This document shows positions 30,730-41,377 of a DNA stretch of 64,000 bases, in pieces; position 1 is the stretch's first letter, and every line of letters begins with the position of its first letter. Source of the stretch: Alphaproteobacteria bacterium (lineage in GTDB: Bacteria > Pseudomonadota > Alphaproteobacteria > Bin95); contig OZ219787.1 in assembly GCA_964291285.2 (NCBI GenBank), positions 128,001 through 192,000 of the forward strand, read 5' to 3'. A model generated the notes under the pieces. It was not told the DNA's origin. It worked only from the letters and a program-made list of their open reading frames with translations, and made no database searches. The position numbers and the translations under genes were made by a program.

Positions 30730-33666
30730 CTACATGCCGAGTTCCATCTCCACGGATTTCTGCCTTGGCGCGGGCGCATTCTCCGGCCCGTCGTCGCGTT
30801 CTTTCTGTCCCGGACGCATCGGCGGCGTTACTTGCGGCGTCCGTTCGCGTTCAGCCGATTTCTCCTCTGCGCGCGTCAGTGCTGCCGCCACGCCGATCCC
30901 TTCGAGCGCGGAGACCCGCTCGCCGGTGGCGGCTTCAAGGGTCTCGCGGAGCGTTTTCGCATCGTCCGTGACCAGCGTCGCATTGTGGCGTGCGCGGCTG
31001 ATCTCGACATAGAAGCTCTTCTGCGTCGACAGTTTCGGGTGTTTTGCCTCCATCACCGCGATCACGTTGTCGACGGTGCGCCCCTGAAACGCATGCACGG
31101 TCGAGGCCCAGGCATGGTCGAGATGGCGCAGTTGCGGGTCGCTCTTGCCGAGTTCCAGCGTCCGGCCGTCGCCGAGCCGGAACGCGACGCGGTCGCCCCC
31201 GACCGCCGCTACTTCCGCCGTGTCGCTGTTGACCAGCCCGAGGCCGGTGTCGTTACGGGTCCAGCGGATGCGATCGCCGGCGCGGAGCTCCAGGGCCTCG
31301 GTGCGGTAGACCTCGACCCCGCCGCGCTTCGCACCGACCCGGCGCGGCCGCCAGGGGACGGATTGTCCATCCGGCCCCTCCAGCATCACCGTGCCCCTGG
31401 CCCCGTCGACACCTGCGACGCGGCGCTCGTCGTCCCTGGCGACGCCGAGGCTGCGATAGTCCCGGTGGAAGGCGACGACATCGCCGGGGACATAGTTCGC
31501 GGCAATCATCTTCTCGGCACTTGTATAACCGTGGGAGACCAGCCGCTCGGCTTGATAAGCGGGGCCGCGGATGACGCCGTCGCGGGCGAGGCGCTCGCGG
31601 ATGTGGCCGTTGATCCCCCGGCGGAGCGCATGGCTCGGCGCCATCAGCCCGGTGTTCTCGCGTTCGCGGGCGGAGAGCTTGAGCCAGCGCGCGGCGGCCG
31701 CGCCGGCGAGATTGTCCGGTTTCACCTCGGCAATGCGGTCGCCGAGCTTCCCGAAGGCCCTGCCGATCTCGCCGGCGAGGCTGGCGCGCACCGCCTCCTT
31801 CAGGTCGGCGTCCTTCTGGCGCATGATCTCGTCCATGACCGCTGTCTTCATGCCCGCCGCCTGCAACTGCGCGAAGGGCTTGCCCGCATCCACCGCGTCG
31901 AGCTGTTTCCGGTCGCCCACCAGCACCAGGCGGGGGATGCGGATGGCTGCGGCGATCCGCAGCAGGTCGCGGGCCTGGACGGTCGAGGCGAGCGAGCCCT
32001 CGTCGACCACCAGCACGGTCTTCCGGAAGGCTGCACGCATTTCCCTGGCGCCCTTGCGGGTCAGCCGCCCCTCGGCGATGCCGGCATTGCGGGCGAGGAA
32101 GCGTTGCAGGGTCTCGGTCTCGATCCCGGCTTCGGCAGCCAATGTGCGCGCCGCCGAGGCGGACGGCGCGACGCCGATCGTGCGGTAGCCGCTCTTCGCG
32201 GCAAGCTGTCGGGCGCGGTCGAGCATGGTGGTCTTGCCGGTGCCGGCATAGCCCTGCACGCCGACCACCCGGTCCTTCGAGGACAGGATGGTCCTGACCG
32301 CCTCCGTCTGGCCCACGGTGAGGCGGCCGTTGTGCAGGAGCGGCCCCGCGATCCAGCTGCGCATCACGGGGCGCGAGGCGCCCTGGCCGCGTTCCATCAG
32401 CGCGATGGTCTCCTTCTCGTCCGCCACCGCCTTGTCGGTGGTGAGCGACTCGCCCCATTGCGGAAGGCCGCAGGCGTGCAGCGTCCCTTCCTTCTCCAGC
32501 CGCGCGACGGCGGCCTCTGCCTCTTCGATGCTGACCGATCCCGGTTTCCACGCCAGCGCGGCGGCGAGCAGGTCGGTCTTCGCGAACACCGCCTCGCGCT
32601 CGGACAGGTGCTCCACCGCCCAGGCCATCGCGGCGTCCGCCGGGGATTGCGGCGGGGGATCGAACAGGTCGCCCTGGCGAACCGCCGCGCCGTCCGGTTC
32701 CGGCCCCCGACCGGACGCGCGATCCTTACCCGGGGCGTCCCGGCTCCACGCCACCGCGTCGGCCGTCAGCGCCTTCGCGTCGAAGCCCAGCCCCTCCACC
32801 TGGCGCTGCCACATCTCCCGCAGTTCGGCGCGGTCGACATCGCGCTTCGCCGCCCGGGTCATCAGCGCCGCGCGCTGGGCGGCGCGCTGGTTTTCCGCCG
32901 GCGTGCCCAGGCCGCGCCCGTCCATCGCCGCCTCGATCTCCGCGCGGCGGGTGGAAAAGGTATCGATCACGTCCCGCGAGACGCCGACGATCTCGAACCG
33001 TCCGTCGGCATGGGTCTTCTCCAGGCTATAGCCGAGCGAGGCAAGTTCCCGCGCGAGCTCGCCCCGGTAGAGCGCGCCGACCAGCATCTTCGAGGCATAG
33101 AGCCTCTCGTTGGCCATGGTGCGCCACTTGCCGTCCTCGCCCTGCACCATGTTGGCGATCACCGCATGAGTGTGGAGCTGCGGGTCGAGGTTGCGCGAGG
33201 TCTCGTGGGTGAAGGTGGCGATCACCGCCTTCTGGTCCCCGGCGCGGACCATTCCCCCGCCGTTCGGCGCCTTCATCCGGGTCTCGATCACGTTCCTTTC
33301 GACCCAGGCAAGAGTCCGCTTCACCGCCCGGCCGTGCGCCTCGGCGACGCGGGCGTCGCCGCCCACCAGCGCGGCGAGGGAGACCGATTTCGGGGCCGAG
33401 AGGGTGAGGTCGCGGCCGGGCCGGTGGACGATATCGCCGTCCTTGCCGGGACGGCCCAGTTGCGGGCCGTCCGGCACCCGGCCTTCAAGGGTCGCGGTGA
33501 AGGCGTCCGGATCGACCGGGCCGGAAAGGCCCAGCGCCTTCGCACCCTTGCCGGCCCAGGCGCTGGCATCGCGGTGCTCGGCGGAATCCTTCGCGTAATA
33601 GCCGTCCCTCTCGTAGTAGCTCACGCCCTGGGACGGCGCGGCGACGGCGCCGATCGAGGCGACCAT
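30730..33666 (-). CDS. MOB-F (TrwC/TraI-like) relaxase-helicase
   Basis: SYYERDGYY, DLTLSAPKSVS, HETSRNLDPQLHTH (HUH), GYAGTGKT, TVHAFQGRT. Confidence 0.93.
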   Translation of the reverse strand: MVASIGAVAAPSQGVSYYERDGYYAKDSAEHRDASAWAGKGAKALGLSGPVDPDAFTATLEGRVPDGPQLGRPGKDGDIVHRPGRDLTLSAPKSVSLAALVGGDARVAEAHGRAVKRTLAWVERNVIETRMKAPNGGGMVRAGDQKAVIATFTHETSRNLDPQLHTHAVIANMVQGEDGKWRTMANERLYASKMLVGALYRGELARELASLGYSLEKTHADGRFEIVGVSRDVIDTFSTRRAEIEAAMDGRGLGTPAENQRAAQRAALMTRAAKRDVDRAELREMWQRQVEGLGFDAKALTADAVAWSRDAPGKDRASGRGPEPDGAAVRQGDLFDPPPQSPADAAMAWAVEHLSEREAVFAKTDLLAAALAWKPGSVSIEEAEAAVARLEKEGTLHACGLPQWGESLTTDKAVADEKETIALMERGQGASRPVMRSWIAGPLLHNGRLTVGQTEAVRTILSSKDRVVGVQGYAGTGKTTMLDRARQLAAKSGYRTIGVAPSASAARTLAAEAGIETETLQRFLARNAGIAEGRLTRKGAREMRAAFRKTVLVVDEGSLASTVQARDLLRIAAAIRIPRLVLVGDRKQLDAVDAGKPFAQLQAAGMKTAVMDEIMRQKDADLKEAVRASLAGEIGRAFGKLGDRIAEVKPDNLAGAAAARWLKLSARERENTGLMAPSHALRRGINGHIRERLARDGVIRGPAYQAERLVSHGYTSAEKMIAANYVPGDVVAFHRDYRSLGVARDDERRVAGVDGARGTVMLEGPDGQSVPWRPRRVGAKRGGVEVYRTEALELRAGDRIRWTRNDTGLGLVNSDTAEVAAVGGDRVAFRLGDGRTLELGKSDPQLRHLDHAWASTVHAFQGRTVDNVIAVMEAKHPKLSTQKSFYVEISRARHNATLVTDDAKTLRETLEAATGERVSALEGIGVAAALTRAEEKSAERERTPQVTPPMRPGQKERDDGPENAPAPRQKSVEMELGM

Positions 33667-34460
33667 CAGTAGAATTGCTCGCCCGGCTCGCGCCTGCGCA
33701 TAACTGCCTTGCCGCCGGGCGCCTTGTCCGTCTTCGTCCTGTCCGGGCGGCTTTCGGGATCGGCGGGGGCCGGTTTGGCCGGGACTGCGGCATCGCCGGC
33801 CGGTTCCGCGCTCTCCGGCGACGGCAGGCCCGGCGCCCGTGCCGGCGGCAGGGATTCCGGTGCCGTTGCGGGCTGATCGGCAACGTGGCCGCCTCCCGCC
33901 AGCCGCTCGACCTCGGCAGGGGACACCAACAGCACGCCGACCCTGCCGCTCCGGCGGGCGAGCGCCGCGATCAGTTCGCCGTCGCTCCAATCGTCCGGGT
34001 GCTCCGTCCGGCCCGCATATCCGGGCCGGGCCCGCGGCGCCGGCTCGACGACCGTCCCGCGCCCGCCCACGAACCGCCGCAGGCGCACCGCGGCTCCCAC
34101 CCCTATCCACATCCCGAACAGGGCAAGCCCTGTGCACGCGCCCAGCACCGCGCGGTTCGCCGCCAGGGAGAATATCTTTCGGCGGGCCAGCCACGCCTCC
34201 GGCATGACATAGGCGAGGCGGTAACGCTCCACAGTAATGGTTTCGCCGGCCGCCGTGCGGTAATCGACAACCCCGTAATCGTCGAAGCCGACGCCCAGCA
34301 TGGCCTCGACCAGCGTGAACTTCCAGGCCGCGTACCAGTCGTGTCCGGTCGTGCCGAGCGCAAGCGCGATACCGGCGACCAGCACCGCCATGCCGGCGGC
34401 GCAGACCCCTGCCACCACCAGCGGCAGGAGCCATATGTCTCTGTCAGGCATGACGGACAT
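33666..34460 (-). CDS. Membrane protein in the coupling-protein position, with no ATPase domain, 264 aa
   Basis: Two hydrophobic segments, low-complexity tail, stop overlaps the relaxase start. Confidence 0.6.
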   Translation of the reverse strand: MSVMPDRDIWLLPLVVAGVCAAGMAVLVAGIALALGTTGHDWYAAWKFTLVEAMLGVGFDDYGVVDYRTAAGETITVERYRLAYVMPEAWLARRKIFSLAANRAVLGACTGLALFGMWIGVGAAVRLRRFVGGRGTVVEPAPRARPGYAGRTEHPDDWSDGELIAALARRSGRVGVLLVSPAEVERLAGGGHVADQPATAPESLPPARAPGLPSPESAEPAGDAAVPAKPAPADPESRPDRTKTDKAPGGKAVMRRREPGEQFY

Positions 34461-34484
34461 CCCCGCGTCCGGGGACGCCCGGGT

Positions 34485-37258
34485 TCACGGCGATGTCCGC
34501 CGCGCGGCCCCGCCCCCGGCGCCGACGCCTCCGTTCCGGCGTCCCCTGCGGCCGGCGGTCCATGCCTCCAGGTCCGTCTCCGTGTAGCGCACGCAGCCCC
34601 CGAAACGGTAATACCAGGGACCCGCCCCGGTAATCCGGTATCGGGCCAGCGTGCCCGGGGACAGCCTTAGCCCGACTTCCGCAACTCGGGGGTCATGAGG
34701 ATGCTAACTCATTGAATAGCCTTGATCGTCTCCCCGAGGGTCGGCACTACAAGGCGGCGAACGGAGAGGCGGCGCCGTGTGCCGTCAGGCGGAGATCCGG
34801 GGTGCGGGTTGCTGCGGCCAGGTCATGCCGAGCTGTTGCAGCAGTAGCTCGTGCTCCTTGTTCGGCCGGGTGTGGCGCGGCAGGACGAGGTGCCGGCCGT
34901 CGGTGGTTGGCAGATGGACGTCCACCATCTGGATGGTGGCGAAGGCCTCAAGGATGGCGCGTGGGGTGAGGCCCGGGGCGCGCGGCCGGGCGAGGTTCTT
35001 CAGGGTCACCAGCAGGCAGTAGGCGATGAACGAGACGAAGATATGCGCCTCGATGCGCTCTTGGCGCTGATGGAAGATGGGGCGGATCGCGAGGTCGTGC
35101 TTGAGTTCCTTGAACGCCTGCTCGATCTCGACGAGCTGCATGTACAGATGCCACAGCGTGGCGGGGTCTTCGGCGACCATGTTGGATCGCAGCAGGTAAC
35201 GGCCCTCGCGGCGGCGGACCTGGCGCAGCCGGTCGCGCTGCAGGCGGAATGAGAAGCCGTTGGCGGCGAGTTCGCTGTCGGTCCCGGGCACGGTGATGTC
35301 GACCAGGCTCCAGGCCCGGCCGGCCTCCTTCCTGGCGGCGCCGAGCTTGAGCAACAACTGATCCCGGCTGTTCGACTGCCCTTGCAACTCGGCCAATCGA
35401 CGCCACAGCCTCTTCAGCCGGCGCCGGCGCATGCCGCGTTCCTTCACCTGCCGCCCCTCGCTGCGCACCAGGACGTAGAGCTCGCCATCCTCGACCAGAA
35501 GCTTGACAGTCACGGACTGGCGCACCTCCTGCCAGGGCAGGCCCAGGAACACCTTCTCGAGCCGCGTCAGCCGGCCCTTGGGCGTGCCCACCAGGTAGCG
35601 CACCGGCGCCTCGCCCTCGCGCATCGCGGCCAGCGTCTCCTCGGTGGGGATGCCGCGGTCCATGATCCACACCCGCTCGGAGCGGCCATACTGATCCTCG
35701 ATCTTCTTGAGGAACGCCGCCAGCGTGGTGTCGTCGGAGGTGTTGCCCGGCATCACCTCATAGGCCAGCGGAAAGCCCTGCGGCGTAACGATCAGGGCGA
35801 TCACCACCTGCACGCAGTCGGGCCGCTTGTCCCGGCTGTAGCCGAAGCGGCGCTTGTCATCGAACGGCGGATCGCTCTCGAAGTAGGTCGAGGTCAGGTC
35901 GTAGAGCAGCACGTCGAAGCGCGCCTCGAACAGCGTCGCCCAGCGGTCGCGCAGAAACGAGAAGAAGCCCTGCTTGTGCGCCAGCAGCTTGTCGAGACAG
36001 CGATAGAGTGTGTCGTCGGCGATCGCCCGCTCGCCACCCAGAAGATCGCGAAGCGCGCTGTGCTCATACCAGTGACGGTGAAGGCGCCACTCGCTGCCCG
36101 GGTCGATCAGCCGGTAGCAGACCTGGATCTTCAGGATGTCCAGCCACCGCGTGCCTTGCCGGCTCGCCGGCAGCCGCTCTTCCCAGAAGCGGTCCAGGTC
36201 CAGGCGGTCCCACAAGGACAGCGCCAGCCAGCACGCCCCCCACTGGCGCGGGTCGTGAAGCGCCACCTGCGAGAGGTCGATCTTCACCACTTCGCAAGTC
36301 AGCGCCGGCGCCTCCCGGTCCTCGGGAAACAGCGCCATCTGCCGTGATCGCGACTTGCCCTCCACCACCTCGATCGAGCGGCACCACGCCGCTCGCTGGC
36401 TGTCGTTGATCTCCCCGAGATAGAGCACCTGACGCTGAACAACCCGACCGCCGTGGACCCGGACGTTCTCCACAACGCTCCAGTAGCGGTGCTCCTTGCC
36501 GTCCTTGAAGCGTCTCTTGCAGCGCACGAACATCAGCGCAGCGTCCGGATCTTCGCCAGCCCGATCAAGGGGGTAGGTCGGCACTACAAGCCGGTCCCGA
36601 GAGGTACTGCACCGAAATCCGACACTTCTCGCGCCGGAAAACCGTCAAATCAGTCGATTCTCAAGCCGAGTTGCGGAAGTCGGGTTAGCCGCGCCGCCGC
36701 CTCGCGGGTGTCCACATAGCCCCGGTCCTCGCGGCGCCGGGCCAATGGCTCCGGTTCAGGGTCACGGTCTTCGCGCCGGGCGGGCGGCTCCGGAGACGGC
36801 AGCGGGGCGCCGGTCAGGATCGCCGGCATCGCGCCGGCGCGGGCACGTATCTCGCGCCACTCGGCAGGGCTGGCGTGCGACTTCATCGCCGCGCGCACCG
36901 CTTCGACCGTTGCCAGCTTCGGCGACACGCCCCCCAGCAGTTGCGACACAAAGGAGGGGTTGCCCGTCGCTTCCCGTCCGAGCAGCGAGCGCTTGACCCC
37001 CGTCACCGCGAGAAAGGCATCCACTTCCCGGCGAAAGGCGGGGCCGGCCGGCAGTTCGCCCATCACGGCGAGCGCCCGGTCCACCGTCCCGAGACGCGGA
37101 CTGCGGCCGTCGCGCAGCGAGGCGACAAAGCCGCGGTCGCGGTACACGGCGGCGCCGAACGTCCCCGCGCTTGTTCCGTTCCCGGCGCACCAGACCTCTA
37201 TCGCCCGCAGAAACCGGGCCGCCAAGCCACCGGCCGATCCTGTCTCCGATCCCTTCAT
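34485..37258 (-). pseudogene. Multi-HTH protein (two Cro-like repeats plus AlpA/excisionase HTH) split by IS1634
   Basis: YVDTREAAARL|RLSPGTLARYRITGAGP...VRYTETDLEAW rejoins after removing the IS. Confidence 0.75.
34671..36684 (-). mobile_element. IS1634-family element (transposase ends at 34785) with TTAG duplication
   Basis: IRs CCCGACTTCCGCAACTCGG; YDLTSTYFE, GYSRDKRPD, MDRGI and IEQAFKELK motifs. Confidence 0.92.
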
Positions 37259-37435
37259 GCGGAGACAGATAGGGGCAGCGGAGGGGCACGCAAACCGCTT
37301 TCGGTATGGCAATTCCTGCGTTTCATACCCCTGGCGCCGCCAGGCGCCGCATGCCGCATCAGGGCAATGAAAAAAACCTGGCCCGGCGCCCCGAACGGTC
37401 CGGTGTGTCGATAGAGGAACTGGTTCGCCGCCTGA

Positions 37436-37567
37436 TACCAACGGTCGTTGATTGGAACCTATAGCAGAGCCGCCCTCCGCAGCTCGCCTCCTGAGCCGAG
37501 GCCTCCTACTGCAAGAGGTAATCTCCGCCGAGAGAGGCTAATCGGTTCTTATCTGTGGCCGGTGGTA
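37436..37567. mobile_element. MITE copy 2 (132 bp), inverted relative to copy 1, TGA duplication
   Basis: Reverse-complement match to 30514-30642; TGA at 37433-37435 and 37568-37570. Confidence 0.8.
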
Positions 37568-37790
37568 TGACACCGTCCGAAGTCTCTGCGCGGCATTCCG
37601 GGGATAAGCACGGCATCAAGCTTCCACCCCCGCAGCGTGGCGGCTACAGGCCGCCGACAGGCGCCGCGCGGAGTGCCTGGCATTTCGCCGGGTGCGGAAC
37701 AGCAGGCGTTGACCCGCCGATGAGATGTGCCAAGCTGCAACGCACCCCTCGGCGACGAGTGGACGGCGGCCGGGAAAGAGAAGAGCATCC

Positions 37791-38243
37791 GTGAACATTC
37801 AGGCGCACGACGAACTCAAGGCCAGTATCTGGGAAATCGCGAACCGGCTCAGGGGGCCGTACCGGCCCCCGCAATATCGGCTGGTCATGCTGCCCCTGGT
37901 CGTCCTGCGCCGGCTCGACTGTGTCCTGGAGCCGACCAGGGAGGCCGTTCTCAAGAAGCACAGGGAGCTTGAAGCGCAACAGATGCCCGCAGCGGCGATG
38001 GACCGCCTGCTTGGGAAGGCCGCCGACCCGAACCGGAAACACCCCCTCTACAACACCAGCCCCTATACCTTCGCCCGACTGCTCGGCGATGCCGAGAACA
38101 TCGCGCCGAATCTCGGCTCGTTCATCAGCGGCTTTTCCCCGACCGCACGACGTATCTTCGAACGCTTCAAGTTCGCCGACCAGATCGAGAAGCTCGACGC
38201 CAGCAACCGGCTCTTCGCAATGGGGATTATATGCAATCCTTGA
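37791..38243 (+). pseudogene. hsdM: Type I R-M methyltransferase N-terminal fragment
   Basis: IWEIANRLRGPY...LPLVVLRRLDCVLEPT...YNTS; ends before the catalytic domain. Confidence 0.85.
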
Positions 38244-38751
38244 CATTTTCTTCGTTCCCGAGGCGTGTGCGCTGTGGGGACTTTTGATCGCGCGCGGCTG
38301 AATTTTGGCGGCCGGCTATCGCCTGCCCTGCCGCCACGTGGTTGCAGACTGCCGTGATCCGGCGCGAGGCAGGTACATTCGCCTCTCGAATTACAATCTT
38401 CGAGCGCTTGACGCACTGCTTCGGTCGGTCGTAGCTGAATCGACCTTCCACGTTCCGGTATACCAGCGCGGCAGGCGCCTGCCCGCCCGGAATGCGCAGG
38501 CTGTACAGTATGCACCCCTGCGGGCCAAGGCTTGCAGGAGTGTAGATGACGCCGTCTTCCACCACCGCCGCCACAATGCGCGGATCGATCGAAGTGGGCG
38601 TCCTGTCCGTCTCGCCCGGCCCCGCGCATGCGGTGCCCAGGGCCATTACGGGTCCCAGGGTGAAGAAAAACGCGCGGATCAACGGATCACCACCTGATTC
38701 GGTATGCGAACCCGATACCGCTCTCCGATACTCCGGGGACATGACCGGCAT
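38227..38751 (-). CDS. Hypothetical, possibly exported protein (start uncertain)
   Basis: Hydrophobic stretch plus Cys, then a globular-looking region. Confidence 0.4.
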   Translation of the reverse strand: MPVMSPEYRRAVSGSHTESGGDPLIRAFFFTLGPVMALGTACAGPGETDRTPTSIDPRIVAAVVEDGVIYTPASLGPQGCILYSLRIPGGQAPAALVYRNVEGRFSYDRPKQCVKRSKIVIREANVPASRRITAVCNHVAAGQAIAGRQNSAARDQKSPQRTRLGNEENVKDCI

Positions 38752-41098
38752 TCATCGAATGGCTGATCTCGACCGCGATGTTGCCACCGGGGGCTTCGCG
38801 CTCGTGAGACAGGGCGAAGCGCACCGCTCTCGCATCGGGCCGCAGCGGAATACGGTACTCGTCACGAAGTCTTCTGCCGCTCTCCATGCGCCCGTTCTCG
38901 ACACGAAACGTTCCGGTTCCCGACTCCGCCCGCAGTGGCTGTTCGACCGTCAGTCCCGTGCTTGCGGTACCTATTCGCATCGACGCCGCTGACATCACCG
39001 AGGGCGAAGCCGAGAATATCGCGTCATCCTCGTACCGCGGCATGCTCCAGGCCAGGGTGCCTTCGGCATGCAGCGTCCAGCCACTACCCAGCTCCTGCCC
39101 GAATGCACGCGACATCCAGATCATGCCGGAGCGAAGGTCCGAGCCGAATGCGCCCGCGGTTTCGGAGCCAAGATATCCCGCACCATCCAAGCCGAGGCCG
39201 TAGCCCCACCCACCGGCATGCGGTCGGCGCGCGAGGCTCACCGAGGTCCGGCCAAGCCCCAGAACCCACTCCCGGTCATCCGGAAAAGCGCGCCCTGCCG
39301 CGCCCTTCAGCACTGCCCAATGCAGACCGAGTGCGCCCAGGCCGGCGGCTGGCATATCGACCTGTCCCGTGTCCGTGCTCGCGAATTCGGGGATCGTCGA
39401 GCGGCTGTCCGACCGCGCGGAGACCAGCCCTGAGAGGGGCACCCAGAACGGGAAACCCTGCTGATCGAACGCCGCCAGTTCGACATGGGCGACCCGTTGC
39501 GCGACCGAGCCATACGCGGCAGGGGGGCGAAGCCTCGTCAGGCCGAGCGACCGCGCCGACTGACCCGTATTGAGAGGGCCAATCGGCGAGAGCGCGGCGG
39601 CAATGTCCAGATGCCCCGCGCCATAGGTCTCGGCGTCCGCATAGATCCCGCTCCGATCGGCGGTATCGATCATCCGCCTCACAATCTGCGTGTTTCCGCG
39701 CGTCCCCCGGAAGTGCTCCTTGAGCAGCGCCAGTGCGCCGGAAACGACGGGTGCCGCATAGCTCGTGCCTTCCAATCCTTCTCCCGCAGCGCCGCGTCCG
39801 GGCCGGTTCGGGTCCGGAACGAGGCCGCGCACCGTGCCCGGGGCGACCAGGCAGTAGTGCCTTCCATGGCGTATGGCATTCCAGTCGGGCGGAAGAGGTC
39901 CGCACCGGTTGGAATAGCTCGCGATACGCCGCGTTTGCGGGTCCGTTGCCGCCACGGCGATGGTGTGCCCGCGCAGCTCCGGGTAAACGAAGGGCAGGAA
40001 GGCTCCAAGGCCCGGCAGCCGTGCACTCTCATTGCCCGCGGCGTATACGATGATGGTCTTGTCAGCGTCGCGTCTGTCGGTTTGCAATTCGGCCCTGAGG
40101 GTATCCGGCATATTCGCACGGTACCAATCGGTGGTGCGCACGTTGTCTAAAAGCGTGAGAAGGTTTGTCGGTTTTCCATAGGACCGGTTGATGATGTCGA
40201 ATTTTGCGTAGTGAGTCCGCACCACATCCGCGGTCTCCCGGTCGAACCGCCGACGCTCTGCCAGCGGCAGCCTTTCTATCTGGTGTCGCAGGAGCGTATT
40301 CGCATCGGCATCCGCGGACTGATCATTCGTCAGGTTCGTTGCAACCGGAATGATGGTGGCTTCCGGGGCGACACCGAGGTTGGTGCCCGCGGCGACGGAA
40401 GCCACGATGGTTCCGTGCTTCCCTCCCGGGCCATACGGTGTCGGGAGTTCGTGCCACCGGAACCATTCGCGGATGGTGCCGTCCCGGCTGTAATACTCAT
40501 CAAGAAAGAAAGCGCTGTCGTCGCGCGTGGACCAGCCGTCTTCACGGACAATTTGCTGTACCCACCGGTTGTGCGCTTCCTCGTCGCCCTGGCTGTTGCC
40601 TCGCCGAATGCGGCATGTGCCGCTTGTGCGGCAACGCCAGACATCGCTGAACGGCTCATCCCCGAACGGATGCTGATAGGACAGTTTCGCGCCATCCATA
40701 TCGCGCAGCCGGACCCTGCTCCCGAACTCGGCACTCTGCGTATAGTCAACGATGCTGTCCTCAATCCCGATGCGTACGCCACGGCCGGTCAGGCCCCTGG
40801 CGTAGGCATGGTGAGCGCCGATCTGCTCCAGCACGACGGGCTGATCCGTCGTGAAGCGGGCCGTGCCAAGATGATACGTCGGGTCGGCTGTCGCCGGTAG
40901 CGTGCCCGGACTCGGCTGCTTCCCTCCTCCCCCGCCGCCGCAGGCGGCGAGCAGAAAACCGCTGATGACGAGTGTGACCGTCGTGATGCGTCCGATGCCG
41001 CTCAGCGCGTCGCTGTCCTGGCCGCTGAACAGACGATCGTTGTCTGAACCACCCTCGACCGCGTCATCTCCGTTGCCGCCGGTCCGCTCGATAGCCAT
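38687..41098 (-). CDS. S8 (subtilase) serine peptidase with lipoprotein-type signal and C-terminal beta-rich domain, 803 aa
   Basis: GVRIGIED, HGTIVASVA, AAGNE, GTSYAAPVVSG; LAACGGGG lipobox; terminal aromatic residue. Confidence 0.9.
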   Translation of the reverse strand: MAIERTGGNGDDAVEGGSDNDRLFSGQDSDALSGIGRITTVTLVISGFLLAACGGGGGGKQPSPGTLPATADPTYHLGTARFTTDQPVVLEQIGAHHAYARGLTGRGVRIGIEDSIVDYTQSAEFGSRVRLRDMDGAKLSYQHPFGDEPFSDVWRCRTSGTCRIRRGNSQGDEEAHNRWVQQIVREDGWSTRDDSAFFLDEYYSRDGTIREWFRWHELPTPYGPGGKHGTIVASVAAGTNLGVAPEATIIPVATNLTNDQSADADANTLLRHQIERLPLAERRRFDRETADVVRTHYAKFDIINRSYGKPTNLLTLLDNVRTTDWYRANMPDTLRAELQTDRRDADKTIIVYAAGNESARLPGLGAFLPFVYPELRGHTIAVAATDPQTRRIASYSNRCGPLPPDWNAIRHGRHYCLVAPGTVRGLVPDPNRPGRGAAGEGLEGTSYAAPVVSGALALLKEHFRGTRGNTQIVRRMIDTADRSGIYADAETYGAGHLDIAAALSPIGPLNTGQSARSLGLTRLRPPAAYGSVAQRVAHVELAAFDQQGFPFWVPLSGLVSARSDSRSTIPEFASTDTGQVDMPAAGLGALGLHWAVLKGAAGRAFPDDREWVLGLGRTSVSLARRPHAGGWGYGLGLDGAGYLGSETAGAFGSDLRSGMIWMSRAFGQELGSGWTLHAEGTLAWSMPRYEDDAIFSASPSVMSAASMRIGTASTGLTVEQPLRAESGTGTFRVENGRMESGRRLRDEYRIPLRPDARAVRFALSHEREAPGGNIAVEISHSMNAGHVPGVSESGIGFAYRIRW

Positions 41099-41128
41099 CG
41101 TCCCCTCCTGATCCCTTCACGGACGAAG

Positions 41129-41155
41129 ACTTTATCCCCCCCCCCCCGCCGTCAA
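41129..41155 (-). promoter_or_regulatory. Sigma70-like promoter with a G12 tract in the spacer
   Basis: Minus strand reads TTGACG-gc(G)12a-TAAAGT; AGGAGG RBS before ATG 41098. Confidence 0.6.
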
Positions 41156-41377
41156 GCAAGTCTGCCTCGATTCCCTGATACGCGCGGAAGGTGTGCCGGA
41201 TTGAGGCTGGCGATGCGGATTTTCGTGCCCAGCGATGGCGTCGTCGGAGCGTCGAGAGGTCGGATGAGGTTCGTTCGCCTGTCAGCGCCGGCTGGACGGC
41301 GCGTTTGGCGGTTCGGCGGACGAGCGGTCTGCCCCGGGCCTGCCGGTTTCGAGCGGGGACGAGGCGGGGTGCGCCGG

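Noticed and set aside
30637-33672. 1011-aa plus-strand ORF
   Set aside because: Antisense shadow of the relaxase, expected at this GC content.
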